From an uncultured virus (IMG/VR IMGVR_UViG_2775507275_000005) (taxonomy: Duplodnaviria > Heunggongvirae > Uroviricota > Caudoviricetes): DNA of 64,000 bases. Location: IMG/VR virus record IMGVR_UViG_2775507275_000005; one strand, 5' to 3'. The position numbers were made by a program, and so were the translations under genes. The notes below the pieces were generated by a model that had not been told where the DNA came from, searched no databases, and saw only the letters and a list, made by a program, of their open reading frames with translations. This document shows, in pieces, positions 8,859 to 18,343 of this stretch (positions within the stretch are counted from its first letter, which is position 1; every line of letters begins with the position of its first letter).

Positions 8859-9404
8859 TCATTTCTGACATCCAGGCGACTGCGGCCGGATCGCGCAGAC
8901 GTAACCCTGGAGGGCCGTCAGTTTGTCGATCTCGCGCTGATCGTCTCCAGCGACTGCAAAAACGCGTTCCGCAACCGCTGGGTCGACGTCTGCGAAGGCG
9001 GCGGCACCATTGCCCACGCCGGCGGCGCTGGAATCGCCGGGCACGCCGTCGCGACCGGCTGCCGTGCAGTTTCGGACGGCGACGCGCAGCCGCTCAGTGC
9101 CAGCGGCAAGAGCAGCCCGCAGGCTGCGACTCTCTGCTTCATGCTCGTTCCTCTCCTTCGTGGTTCGTTGGTCGACGGCGGCCACCGCCGACGCCGCCGC
9201 ATCGTGCGCGGCGATCGCGCGCTGCTCGGCGTCGAGCGCCGCTTGCGAGATCGCGTCCAACGCTTCGGCGTGCCGCAGTGCGTCGAGCGCTCGCGCGACC
9301 TGCTCGTCGGCAAGCCGACGTGCGCCGATCAGGTGTTCAATCCCAGCGCCGGCCGCCATGCCAAGCAGCGCGGCCAACAGATACGGGGTTGCTTTCGGCA
9401 TCAC
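8859..9404 (-). CDS. Rz: Rz-like i-spanin
   Basis: N-terminal TM helix, coiled coil, C-terminal LTALQGYV; downstream of the endolysin. Confidence 0.85.
   Translation of the reverse strand: MMPKATPYLLAALLGMAAGAGIEHLIGARRLADEQVARALDALRHAEALDAISQAALDAEQRAIAAHDAAASAVAAVDQRTTKERNEHEAESRSLRAALAAGTERLRVAVRNCTAAGRDGVPGDSSAAGVGNGAAAFADVDPAVAERVFAVAGDDQREIDKLTALQGYVCAIRPQSPGCQK
8918..9142 (-). CDS. Rz1: Rz1-like o-spanin lipoprotein embedded in Rz
   Basis: MKQRVAACGLLLPLALSG-C lipobox, Pro-rich CPAIPAPPAWAM; alternative frame inside Rz. Confidence 0.85.
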   Translation of the reverse strand: MKQRVAACGLLLPLALSGCASPSETARQPVATACPAIPAPPAWAMVPPPSQTSTQRLRNAFLQSLETISARSTN

Positions 9405-9898
9405 AGTCCCCGCTCACAGATCGCGCGCTCTTCCGCGCGCCGCTTCACCAAGCCGGGCATCTCCCGGCCCCGCGCCGTCACCCATTGCGGGCGACCGTCG
9501 TCGGACTCGTTAATCGCGCGGCACGCACTACGCAGGTCGCCCGCGTTGAAGCGCTTCGCCGTCGTGCTGTTGCAGTAGGCGGTCGGCCCAATGTTGTCCG
9601 CGAAGCTCACAGCTGCCGCGAGTTGATACGGCCGCCCCTTCAGGCCCGGCGTGCATCGGAGCACGCTCTCCGCGTGCGCGATCAGGTGCGCTTCGAGCGA
9701 CTGGCGACACTCGGCCTCGCTGTACACCTTGCCGACGACGACGTCCCGCGTGTCGCCCATGCACTTCGTCGGAATGCCGACCGGATCGAGATACCCGACC
9801 AGCTTGACGCCCTCGAATTTCGGGACAATGGAAAAAAGAAGGGCTGCCGCAGCAGCCCCCACAACACCCACAAGAGTCGTCCTCCGCATTTCAGCCAT
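9401..9898 (-). CDS. GH24 lysozyme, SAR-type endolysin
   Basis: N-terminal Ala/Gly-rich SAR helix; FEG...YLDPVGIPTKCMGDT catalytic region; GLVKRRAEERAIC. Confidence 0.92.
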   Translation of the reverse strand: MAEMRRTTLVGVVGAAAAALLFSIVPKFEGVKLVGYLDPVGIPTKCMGDTRDVVVGKVYSEAECRQSLEAHLIAHAESVLRCTPGLKGRPYQLAAAVSFADNIGPTAYCNSTTAKRFNAGDLRSACRAINESDDGRPQWVTARGREMPGLVKRRAEERAICERGL

Positions 9899-10103
9899 CG
9901 TGCTTCTCCATCTCCAGAATGCGCATGTCCGATTCGCGCTGTTCCCGACGATCCTTGCGCCACATAAAAAAGAAGTTGAGCCCAAACGTCGCGAATGCCG
10001 TCATGATCCCGACGATCACGCCGATATCCGTCAGCGTCAGTGAAGACGCAACAGCTGTAACACTTCCAACGTAGCTCGCCACCTCACTCGGACTCGCTCG
10101 CAT
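9891..10103 (-). CDS. Holin
   Basis: 70 aa, hydrophobic core, charged C-terminus, immediately upstream of the endolysin. Confidence 0.8.
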   Translation of the reverse strand: MRASPSEVASYVGSVTAVASSLTLTDIGVIVGIMTAFATFGLNFFFMWRKDRREQRESDMRILEMEKHDG

Positions 10104-10117
10104 CAGCCCCTCGCAAT

Positions 10118-10145
10118 AAAAAAGGGCCGCCATATTTGGCGGCCC
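10118..10145 (-). terminator. Intrinsic terminator between tail and lysis genes
   Basis: GGGCCGCCA-4nt-TGGCGGCCC followed by T6 on the minus strand. Confidence 0.75.
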
Positions 10146-10146
10146 G

Positions 10147-10863
10147 TTAAACGATTCCCGTCCCGTCAAGCACCATGAATCGCGAGTGATACTGTTCGCG
10201 AAAGCATGCGATATTCGGCGTTCTCCCACCGTTGTACAGTGCAGTTCCCCAAGACACATTCCCACCGTCAACGCGAATCGACGAGAGCTCAACCACGCCC
10301 GGGTCATAGCTCCACGCTCGATGAACGGAGTAGATGGCGGAAATCAGCACTGGCACGCCGTACGACCGAGAATGCCACGGCGGCGAAGGTGCGCCCTCGA
10401 CTGTCCATCCAACACCGTTCATGTAATCCTCGAAGATCACATCGAGGACCCGGAGAAACGGCTTCGACGAATCCGCGACCAATCTCCCGTTTGCATCGAA
10501 GACTTGTAACCCGAAGTTTCCCGCGGCGACGGGCACTTGGTCGAACACGAACAGTCGGACGTTACATGGTCGCTCGGTGATAAACGTCACGGAATACGAA
10601 CTTCCATTTCGCTTCGCACTCCACAGCGTTATTCCCACTGCGCCAGATGCGAGTACCGCGTACATCGGACCAGCCACTGACGAGAAAGTGAAAGTAACGC
10701 TTGGAAGATCTATCATGAACGTCCTTCCAGCATCATTGCGCGCCAAAGGCAACGAGCCGACCGCAGAATCCGCCGACATCGATTGCACCATCTGATAGTT
10801 CGGCGTTCGCCCGTCGATCTGATACACACCAGTATCAGTGAATGCCTGAAATCCTGCCGGCAT
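10147..10863 (-). CDS. Tail-tip associated protein
   Basis: MPAGFQAFTD..., FGLQVFDANGRLVADS; position downstream of gpJ. Confidence 0.7.
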   Translation of the reverse strand: MPAGFQAFTDTGVYQIDGRTPNYQMVQSMSADSAVGSLPLARNDAGRTFMIDLPSVTFTFSSVAGPMYAVLASGAVGITLWSAKRNGSSYSVTFITERPCNVRLFVFDQVPVAAGNFGLQVFDANGRLVADSSKPFLRVLDVIFEDYMNGVGWTVEGAPSPPWHSRSYGVPVLISAIYSVHRAWSYDPGVVELSSIRVDGGNVSWGTALYNGGRTPNIACFREQYHSRFMVLDGTGIV

Positions 10864-11171
10864 CAATACACTCCAAAAACGATCCACCCGGGGACTCGGG
10901 TGTACGCGTTCGATCCGCTTGAGTTCGGGCTATACGACCAACTGATTCCCCCTGCATTAATCGAGACGACTGGCGACGGCTCGGCGGCCGAAACACGAAA
11001 GAAAATCTGTTGCGGCATGAAGGCCCAAAACGGCTCCCCGCCCGACATATCCGCCGCGACACTCCCATCGCTCCCACCAGTCCACGCGATCCCGACCACC
11101 CGCCCTGCTCGCGACTTCGCGTCAAGGATCAGGCGGCCGACGCCATCGAATATCTGAAGCCCCGCTGTCAT
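10863..11171 (-). CDS. Small tail-tip associated protein
   Basis: MTAGLQIFDGVGRLILD...IVFGVY, coupled to gpJ. Confidence 0.7.
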   Translation of the reverse strand: MTAGLQIFDGVGRLILDAKSRAGRVVGIAWTGGSDGSVAADMSGGEPFWAFMPQQIFFRVSAAEPSPVVSINAGGISWSYSPNSSGSNAYTRVPGWIVFGVY

Positions 11172-14100
11172 TGTTGCCATACTCCCCAACGCACGCGAAG
11201 AACCCCGTTCGCGTCGTACGTGCGCCCCCCATTGCTATCGACCACCGTTCGGTTTCCCTGCCCATCAGTCGAATTGATCTCGAACCACCCACTCTTATCG
11301 AGCCGCCACCCCTGCCGGCCCGCAATGTAGTTGTCGGACTGGATGTAACTGCCGATCATCGCGTTCGTGATCCAGCCCGCACCGATCAGCGCTTGGCGCA
11401 AGAACACCTGCCCGCCCTGTACGACGAACGGCGCACCAATCACGCCCGCGCCGTCTTCGTCGATCACCGCAAACCGCTTCGCCGACACAAGCACCTGTGA
11501 TTCGACGACGCCGCTTTCGTTGTCGATGCCCACGCCGATCGCCGCCATGTATTTGCGCCCGTCGACGGTCGTCTGAACCTTGACCTGATACGACGCCGAG
11601 ACGCGCCCGTTCAGGTCGGCATAGGACTTCGCGACGGTCTGCACCGCGGCCACGTTGTCGTTCACCTTTGCCTGAACCGTCGTGATGTCCTGCGCCATCG
11701 CGCGCTCGCCTTCGACGCGCGCGATTGCCTCCTTCTGCACAGCAGCGTTCAGCAGGTTCGAGCTCGAGCGCGCCTGAGCCGCCACCGTGTCAACCTTCTT
11801 CGCAACCGCCATGTCGCCCTCGGCAATCGCCGACTGCAACGACCAGACGCCGGCATTGAGTGTCTCGTCGCCCGCGTAAATCGTCGCGTCGCCGGCCATC
11901 GGTGGGGTGATCAGGTCGATCGGCTCGCGCAGATCCGTGCTGAGCGCCGATCTCCCGATCTGCCCGACAAAATACTTCTCGTAGTCGCTTTGATCCGTGC
12001 TCGGCTGCCCCTGCACGCCCGGCCCCTTCGCCGGAAACCACGGTCCGACGTTGCCCGACGTGTCGACCAGTCGCGCCCAAAAATAGAAGACCTGCCCGAC
12101 CGCGAGCCCCTGATACGACGTCGACGCCTGCGGATACGCGAAGTCGGAGAATTTGACCGCGTCGTCGCGGCTCGGCGTGCGGCTGTACCAGATCTCCGTA
12201 CGCTGCGTGTCGCCCGCGGACCCGTCGCCCGGGAACGCCCATTTCAGATCGATCCCGTACACGATGCCCACCGCGGTCAGCGACACGACCGACGGCGGCG
12301 GACTAGTTTTCCCCGTGAGCTGCGTGTCGACGCCGTAGGCTGGAATCGACGTCACGCCGAGTGCGTTCTCGGCGCGCACGCGCGCGAGGTACTTCCCCCG
12401 ATAGATGCCCGACACTTCGACCTGCAAGCCGCCCGTCGACGGCGCACGTACCCACTCGCCGTTATCCTTCCGCCATTCGGCGACGTAGCTCGTCGCGTGG
12501 CTCGCCGCGTCCCACGCGATCACCATCGACGTTTTCGATATGCCCTGATCGACCACCGAATACGTCGACAGGCGCACGTTCGACGGCGGCGGCTGCACTG
12601 ACGGCGGAACGATCGTGATCGGCCGTTGCTGGATCTGTGCGCCGTCGTCGATCGCCGCGTACTTCCCCGGCTCGTACTGCGTCGCGTTGATCGTGTAGAC
12701 GATCTGGCCGTCGTCGTCGCTTTCCTGCACGCTCACCACGCGATACTGCTGCGCGGCGAGCTCGCGGCTTTCGACCATCCATACTGCGCCCGGCACCGGA
12801 TCGGCGTCGAAGCGCTGGGCGAGCGTGACCGTGTCGCCGTCGACCGACTTGACCGCGCGCGCCTGCGCAATACCCGACAGCAGAATCGCCGTGAAGCGAT
12901 CGCCCACCGTGATCGTCGGCGCCTTGTCGAGCGTGATCGTTTCGCCGGCCACAGCGCGGATGCGCCCGCCGATCCGGCGGCCGGCCCTCTTTGGATCGGC
13001 GACCGCAATCACCTGTCCCGGCGCACAAAGCGTCCCGTCGAGCCCGACCTGAAACGACACCGTGCCGGTTTCGTATCGCGACGTCAGCAGCAACCAGCGC
13101 CCGAGGCGGTGCGCCTGCGCCTGCGACGTGCAGCCAAACGCTGTGACTTCCGTCTTGATGACGCCGTATCGCGCGATCCCGTCGTCGTCCTGCACTGCTT
13201 CGACAGCCTGCTTGTACTGGTTCGTCGGATCGTTGTAGCTGACGAGCGCGACCGTGTAGCGTGTCTTGCGCTCGCTACCAACGTACTTGAACGCACCGCC
13301 GACGACATTCGCGGCCGTGTAGAGATAGACCGGATCGGACGGCATGTCCGCCGACGCGACGACCGACCCGGCGCCCCAGTACGAAATGCCGCGAAAAACG
13401 CTCGCGATATCCTGCACGACCTTGAACGCGTCCGCCTTTGTCTGAATCACGCAGTTGCACGTAAAGCGCGGTTCCTTGCCGCCCTTCCCATCCGATACCA
13501 GTTCGTCACAGTGACGCGCGATCGCGTACAGCGCCCACTTGTCGACCATCGACGCATCGACACGGTCGCCCAATCCGTAGAGCTTGTCGAGCAATAGGCC
13601 GTAGTAGACCCAAGCCGGATTGTTCGTCCATGCCATCTTGAACGTGCCATCCCACGTGCCCGAATACGTGCGGGTTTCCGGGTCGTAATTTGTCGGAACA
13701 CGGAAGATCATCCCCCGCACGTGATACGAGCGCACCGGAACGCTTGAGAACGAGCGCGCGTCGAAGGTCATGCCGACGAGCGCCGTCATCGGATAGCGGA
13801 GCTTCCGATCGATGATCTCGGTGATCGCCTCGATGTTGACCGCATCGGCAATCGTGGCCGTGTGCGCGTTCGGCGTGATGCGGCGCACACGGATCAGCCA
13901 ACCATTTTTCGCGCGCGGCAACTCGATCCGATGCGAGCGCTCGTAGAGCGACGTCGTCTTGCCATCGAACGCGCCAGCCAGCACCTGCGCATACGACCCG
14001 CCGTCGACCGACAAGTCGATCGCATAGTCGACGCGATAGCCCGTGACGTTGCCGTTCGACGTGTCCTGACGCTGTAGCGCCGGCACGCCGAAGCGCACAC

Positions 14101-14479
14101 GCACTGCGGTCAGTTGCGTGTTCTGAATCTGGCGCACCCACGGCGCATCGGACGTCAGCGGCACGCCGACGCCCGCCTCGCGCTCGACGGCCGGAAAGCC
14201 CGGGATGTAGTCCTGATCCTGCGTGCCGATTCGAACGTCGACGGTGTAGTTCTGGAAGTTCAGCGAGCCGTCCGCGTTCTGGATCGGCGTGCCGTCGAGA
14301 TAGACCGATTGCAGGCCGTTCACCAGCCCGACGATCGGCCCCTCCGAGATCACGTCAAGCACCTTCGCGCGCGCGATCGAATGCAGGCTGTCGGGCGATT
14401 CACTGCTGCCACCGCCACCACCACCGCCCTTGGCGCCGTAGATGCGCTTCAACCCGCCTTCAGCATGGACCTTCTTCAA
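11168..14479 (-). CDS. Tail tip / host specificity protein (lambda gpJ-like)
   Basis: GAKGGGG, DVISEGPIVGL, WDGTFKMAWTNNPAW, FGCTSQAQAHRLGRW, IQSDNYIAGRQGW; TTG start. Confidence 0.95.
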   Translation of the reverse strand: MKKVHAEGGLKRIYGAKGGGGGGGSSESPDSLHSIARAKVLDVISEGPIVGLVNGLQSVYLDGTPIQNADGSLNFQNYTVDVRIGTQDQDYIPGFPAVEREAGVGVPLTSDAPWVRQIQNTQLTAVRVRFGVPALQRQDTSNGNVTGYRVDYAIDLSVDGGSYAQVLAGAFDGKTTSLYERSHRIELPRAKNGWLIRVRRITPNAHTATIADAVNIEAITEIIDRKLRYPMTALVGMTFDARSFSSVPVRSYHVRGMIFRVPTNYDPETRTYSGTWDGTFKMAWTNNPAWVYYGLLLDKLYGLGDRVDASMVDKWALYAIARHCDELVSDGKGGKEPRFTCNCVIQTKADAFKVVQDIASVFRGISYWGAGSVVASADMPSDPVYLYTAANVVGGAFKYVGSERKTRYTVALVSYNDPTNQYKQAVEAVQDDDGIARYGVIKTEVTAFGCTSQAQAHRLGRWLLLTSRYETGTVSFQVGLDGTLCAPGQVIAVADPKRAGRRIGGRIRAVAGETITLDKAPTITVGDRFTAILLSGIAQARAVKSVDGDTVTLAQRFDADPVPGAVWMVESRELAAQQYRVVSVQESDDDGQIVYTINATQYEPGKYAAIDDGAQIQQRPITIVPPSVQPPPSNVRLSTYSVVDQGISKTSMVIAWDAASHATSYVAEWRKDNGEWVRAPSTGGLQVEVSGIYRGKYLARVRAENALGVTSIPAYGVDTQLTGKTSPPPSVVSLTAVGIVYGIDLKWAFPGDGSAGDTQRTEIWYSRTPSRDDAVKFSDFAYPQASTSYQGLAVGQVFYFWARLVDTSGNVGPWFPAKGPGVQGQPSTDQSDYEKYFVGQIGRSALSTDLREPIDLITPPMAGDATIYAGDETLNAGVWSLQSAIAEGDMAVAKKVDTVAAQARSSSNLLNAAVQKEAIARVEGERAMAQDITTVQAKVNDNVAAVQTVAKSYADLNGRVSASYQVKVQTTVDGRKYMAAIGVGIDNESGVVESQVLVSAKRFAVIDEDGAGVIGAPFVVQGGQVFLRQALIGAGWITNAMIGSYIQSDNYIAGRQGWRLDKSGWFEINSTDGQGNRTVVDSNGGRTYDANGVLRVRWGVWQQ

Positions 14480-15060
14480 ACCTGATCCTCCGCATAGATT
14501 CCCGAACTGACCACCTTCGAGCCGACGACCATTTCGCCGATGACGAGCGGCACCGGCTCGCCCTGCGCAGCGCTGTTCACGGGTCCGTTGAAGTAGTACG
14601 ACGTGCCGTTGTTTGCCGTTCCCGCGAGGCCGGCCTGTTGCGGACTGAGCATCTGCACGATGCCGCCCAGCGCCATCGACGCGCCGAGCCCCATCAGCGA
14701 TGTGCCCCACGGCTGCGCGAAACCGAACGTCGCCACCGCGCCAACGGCAACGAGTGCGGCGCCGAGAATCGTGTTGAAGAGCCCGCCGCGCTTACTGCCG
14801 ACGATTACCGGCGCAATGCGGATCTCGTCGCGCCCGACCGGATGCTCGAGCTCGTCCTCGTCGAGATTGCGCCGGCCGTTGAACACGGCGAACGTGAGGC
14901 CGGCGTCGCGCGCCGACGTCAGGAACGCACGGAAGCCGGGAATCAGCACCGACAACGCCCGCACCGCCTCCGTGGTCGACGAAACCGCCAGACGATGAAC
15001 TCTTCCGAAACGCCCACCGAGCACCCCATACAACCTTATCGTGCGAAGCGTCTCGTTCAC
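14476..15060 (-). CDS. Tail assembly protein I (lambda gpI-like)
   Basis: IRLYGVLGGRFG, IRIAPVIVGSK, SYYFNGPVNSAAQGEPVP. Confidence 0.92.
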   Translation of the reverse strand: MNETLRTIRLYGVLGGRFGRVHRLAVSSTTEAVRALSVLIPGFRAFLTSARDAGLTFAVFNGRRNLDEDELEHPVGRDEIRIAPVIVGSKRGGLFNTILGAALVAVGAVATFGFAQPWGTSLMGLGASMALGGIVQMLSPQQAGLAGTANNGTSYYFNGPVNSAAQGEPVPLVIGEMVVGSKVVSSGIYAEDQV

Positions 15061-15674
15061 TTTCGATCTCCCATATAGCGCAGTACCGTCGTGCAGCAGT
15101 CGGCCCACATCCCGCCCCACACCGCGCGCGTCGACAGACGCCCGTGCATGTGGTGCAGAAACTGCCCGTCACCGAGATACACGCCCGCGTGATTCGGCAC
15201 GCCGTTCTTGCTGCGGATCTGCATCAGCAGCACGTCGCCGACCTGCAACGTCACGTCGCGGCCGACGTCGAGAAAGCCGGCGTCCTGATAGTGGTTGAGG
15301 TAGAGGTTCGACCCGCCGTCGTTCCACCACTCGTCCTCGCGCTCGAAGTCGGGCAGCGAGACGCCGCGCTCACCGAGATACCAGTCGCGCACGATCCCGC
15401 CGCGCGCCTTCGAGATAACGTGGTCGACAGCAGTTGCCGGCGTCACGCGCCCGGCTTGCAAACAGGGCTGACAGAGGCCGCTGTCGCGGCGCAAGATGCG
15501 CTGCCTGATCTTGTCCCACGCGGTTCCGTATCCCCGCGCATGACGATTGCCGCGCACCGCGTCGGACTTCCACTTGACGGCCTCGTGCGCATGCTGATCG
15601 CAGTACGACTTACCATCCGCGACGAGCGCACCGCACCCCCGGTGCTTGCACGGCTTCATCGGGCGTCGTGCCAT
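15057..15674 (-). pseudogene. In-frame fusion of the terminase-associated HNH N-terminus to the gpK (NlpC/P60) C-terminus
   Basis: MARRPMKPC..RGYG..LCQPC..VDHVISKARGG joined at ~15396 to IVRDWY..LPDFERED..NHAGVYLGDG..LHH. Confidence 0.85.
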
Positions 15675-15699
15675 CTCGCCAAACTCCAGCTAACTTTAT

Positions 15700-15728
15700 T
15701 TGCATATTTGTTAGCGCTTTGCTAACAT
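15700..15728 (+). promoter_or_regulatory. TA promoter with palindromic operator
   Basis: TTGCAT-17-TAACAT; TGTTAGC-N5-GCTAACA inverted repeat at 15709-15727; ATG 6 nt after the -10. Confidence 0.7.
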
Positions 15729-15734
15729 ACGTTT

Positions 15735-15992
15735 ATGCACTCAATCGAATTCACCAAACAAGCCGCCCAAGCCCTCAAGGCAATGCCGCGCAACATTTCG
15801 GCGACGATTCGGGCGAAGATCGATGCATTGGCAGTTGATCCCTACGCACCGAATCCGAACGCGAAGAAGTTGGCGGGCCAGCCCGGCTACCGGCTCCGAG
15901 TTGGCGATTGGCGTGTGTTGTACGAAATCGAAGATGGCCGCGTCGTGATCGTTGTGCTGGCCGTCAAACCCCGTGGAGGTGCCTACAAATGA
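15735..15992 (+). CDS. RelE/ParE-family toxin
   Basis: IEFTKQAAQAL, KKLAGQPGYRLRVGDWRVLYEI, KPRGGAYK. Confidence 0.9.
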   Translation: MHSIEFTKQAAQALKAMPRNISATIRAKIDALAVDPYAPNPNAKKLAGQPGYRLRVGDWRVLYEIEDGRVVIVVLAVKPRGGAYK

Positions 15993-16375
15993 CCGAAGTT
16001 CAATTTATCGAGCAGGACGGCCACCGGGCCTTTGCCGTGGTCCCCATCGAACTGTGGGACCGCGTGAAGGACCTAATCGAAGATCTCGAAGATGAAGCGC
16101 TCTACGCGCAGGCCAAGGCAAGCGACGACGGCCGCCGCATCCCGGCCGCTGTGCTCGATGCTGAACTGGCGGGCGATCACCCTGTTCGAGCTTGGCGCAA
16201 CCATCTGCGCATGACGCAAGATGCGCTCGCCGCAGCAGCCGGCATCAGCAAACCGTATCTCAGCCAGATCGAAACCCGACAGCGCGTCGGCACTACCGAC
16301 GTGCTGTCTAAGATCGCCAGCGCACTTACCGTGCCCGTCGACGACTTGATCGAGCCGCCGCCCGCACAGTCGTAA
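15989..16375 (+). CDS. XRE-HTH antitoxin (HigA-like, toxin-first order)
   Basis: FAVVPIELW N-terminus; MTQDALAAAAGISKPYLSQIET HTH; ATGA overlap. Confidence 0.88.
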   Translation: MTEVQFIEQDGHRAFAVVPIELWDRVKDLIEDLEDEALYAQAKASDDGRRIPAAVLDAELAGDHPVRAWRNHLRMTQDALAAAAGISKPYLSQIETRQRVGTTDVLSKIASALTVPVDDLIEPPPAQS

Positions 16376-16506
16376 CGCAATGTCGCTCGTCTCGTCGGCC
16401 TGCGTAATGCAGTCGCATGAACTCGATGACCGCCACAGCCGCACGCACCCCGTGCGGACGACGGCGAAACATCAGAACAGCCATATCAGCTCCGGGCGCG
16501 GAAACG

Positions 16507-16537
16507 AAAAAGCCCGCGAGGCTTTCACCTTGCGGGC
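16507..16537 (-). terminator. Intrinsic terminator
   Basis: GCCCGCAAGG...CCTCGCGGGC followed by T5 on the minus strand. Confidence 0.6.
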
Positions 16538-16562
16538 AACCATATCAGCCGGCAATGTCGCT

Positions 16563-16847
16563 TCAGCGACGATCAACGGTGACAGTAGACTTCCCCACAG
16601 CAGACGCGTATTGGTTGAGCGCATAAACGCATTTCATGAACTCTGCGTCAATGTTCCGCGCCTCCGTCAACACCTCCTGAACCAAATCAGCATCAAATAC
16701 CGCAATATGCATGCGCCCCGGAGGCACCCCGTGCCCAACCGCATCTCTGAGTTTGCCAAGTGCCTTGTTGCGTTGCTCCCGAAGCTGCTCAAATATTTCA
16801 AGCGTCGCGTGGTAACGCCCGAGCACTTCGTAATTCGGTTCAGCCAT
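16563..16847 (-). CDS. Hypothetical protein
   Basis: GGAGG RBS, MAEPNYEVLGRYH, 94 aa, flanked by terminators. Confidence 0.7.
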   Translation of the reverse strand: MAEPNYEVLGRYHATLEIFEQLREQRNKALGKLRDAVGHGVPPGRMHIAVFDADLVQEVLTEARNIDAEFMKCVYALNQYASAVGKSTVTVDRR

Positions 16848-16906
16848 TGTTCCTCCATAAGGTAAATGACCTAAGAAGTATAACGACCCCATAGCGCGCT
16901 CCAATG

Positions 16907-16938
16907 AAAAAGCCCCGCCGGTTCGCCGAGCGGGGCTT
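16907..16938 (-). terminator. tR'-like terminator
   Basis: AAGCCCCGC...GCGGGGCTTTTT just downstream of the late promoter. Confidence 0.7.
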
Positions 16939-16968
16939 CTCGCATGCAACTTGTGCAGCATGGCGAAA

Positions 16969-16997
16969 ATCATATACTGCTGTAACAAGAGCGTCAA
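16969..16997 (-). promoter_or_regulatory. pR'-like late promoter
   Basis: TTGACG-17-TATGAT facing the morphogenesis/lysis genes and followed closely by a terminator. Confidence 0.7.
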
Positions 16998-17041
16998 GTG
17001 GGTATGTGGCACGCTCGCGCGGTTCAGTGGAGAACTAGGGA

Positions 17042-17566
17042 ATGACGGCGAACGCGAAGGTGAGCAATGAAAAGAAGAACCTCAACCGCCTGGCCGGCGA
17101 GCTTCTGGTCGCCTCGCGCCTGACTCAGCGTGGCTATATGGTGGCTCTGCAATGGGGCACAACTATCGGATACGACGTTCTCGTGTTCGACAAGAGCGGC
17201 AACTCAGCCTTCCTTGAAATCAAATCGTCCGCGTCGAACTCCCGCCGCTGGATACTCCAACAGAAATACGCGAACCCGCGCGCGGACAAGATACCAGCGG
17301 ACCGCCGATTTGTTTGCTGTGTGGATCTGGCAATCAAGGGCAAAGAGCCGGATGTCTACGTGTTCCCCGCAACAGTTGTGGCCGAAGGACTGCACTACTT
17401 CTTCGCCAGCAAGTTCCCTAACAGCCCCAGTTATCACTTGTCGCTCGACTTCAAGCCGCAATATCGCACGAAAGAGAACGGGGTGCTAACGGTCGGGCAA
17501 TACATCCACGCCGAGACTTACTTGGAAAACTATGCCGCGATCGGAATCGAAACCGTGACGGTGTAG
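17042..17566 (+). CDS. PD-(D/E)XK-family nuclease-like protein
   Basis: LAGELLVASRL..RGY...GYDVLV...FLEIKS pattern. Confidence 0.7.
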   Translation: MTANAKVSNEKKNLNRLAGELLVASRLTQRGYMVALQWGTTIGYDVLVFDKSGNSAFLEIKSSASNSRRWILQQKYANPRADKIPADRRFVCCVDLAIKGKEPDVYVFPATVVAEGLHYFFASKFPNSPSYHLSLDFKPQYRTKENGVLTVGQYIHAETYLENYAAIGIETVTV

Positions 17567-17788
17567 GACATCACCGGACAACCGGATGCACTGACATTTA
17601 ACTCGACTCACACGCGATTCGCTGTCGGCCCCGATAGTCACGAGCGCCGATATCGGCCAGAAACGGTCGTTCTGAAATCGTCGGCACATCGTTGGCGACT
17701 CATGCCCTGAGACAACACCGCCAGCATATGGACACCAATCGACGTGAGCGAAATCGAACGCTGGGAGGACTAGCCGCCTTATCCCTCC

Positions 17789-18343
17789 TCACACTGCATC
17801 GCTGGCTCCGCTATCGGGGGCTAGTGCGGATGTGGGGGCAACCAGACTCCTTGCAAACGCTGACGCGACGCGTTTTCCCGATGCCAAGTAGTTTTGAAGG
17901 TCAGTCGTTGTGACGTTGGCAAATGACGCGTTCAGGTTATGAACGAAAGAGTGCCGTGTATTAAGCAGGCTCTCATACGCTGCGAAAATATCGGCGCTGC
18001 CGGACGCGAGTCGCCGCTGGTTCAACCTGTTAACGAGCCTAACGAAATCCTTCTCGAATGCTGTGTCGAACCTCGCTAAAAGATCTCTCAGCGCTTTATA
18101 CCTGATTCTGGCATTGAATTTTGCTAAGTCGGCTTCGAGGACCGCGTGAAGGTATCTGTTCTGTTTGTCACAAAAGTCGAGGACAACGCTCTTGATTAGC
18201 GTTTCCAGATGCGTTGCGATGGTTACAGCACAGAAACCAATGTAGCGGTCCCTGAGGGGGTCAGATGCTAAGTTATCGACCTGTTCACAAAGATGGTCGA
18301 CTAAAGCATCCACTGCGACAATCTCAGTCGCATTGAGCTTCAT
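17789..18343 (-). CDS. HEPN-domain protein (MAE_28990/RiboL-PSP-like)
   Basis: Helical protein with ATHLET and the RxxxxH motif LLNTRHSFVH. Confidence 0.78.
   Translation of the reverse strand: MKLNATEIVAVDALVDHLCEQVDNLASDPLRDRYIGFCAVTIATHLETLIKSVVLDFCDKQNRYLHAVLEADLAKFNARIRYKALRDLLARFDTAFEKDFVRLVNRLNQRRLASGSADIFAAYESLLNTRHSFVHNLNASFANVTTTDLQNYLASGKRVASAFARSLVAPTSALAPDSGASDAV

Noticed and set aside
10147..15674. F-type tailocin
   Set aside because: Tail tube, tape measure, M, L and an intact K are missing, so no tail could assemble
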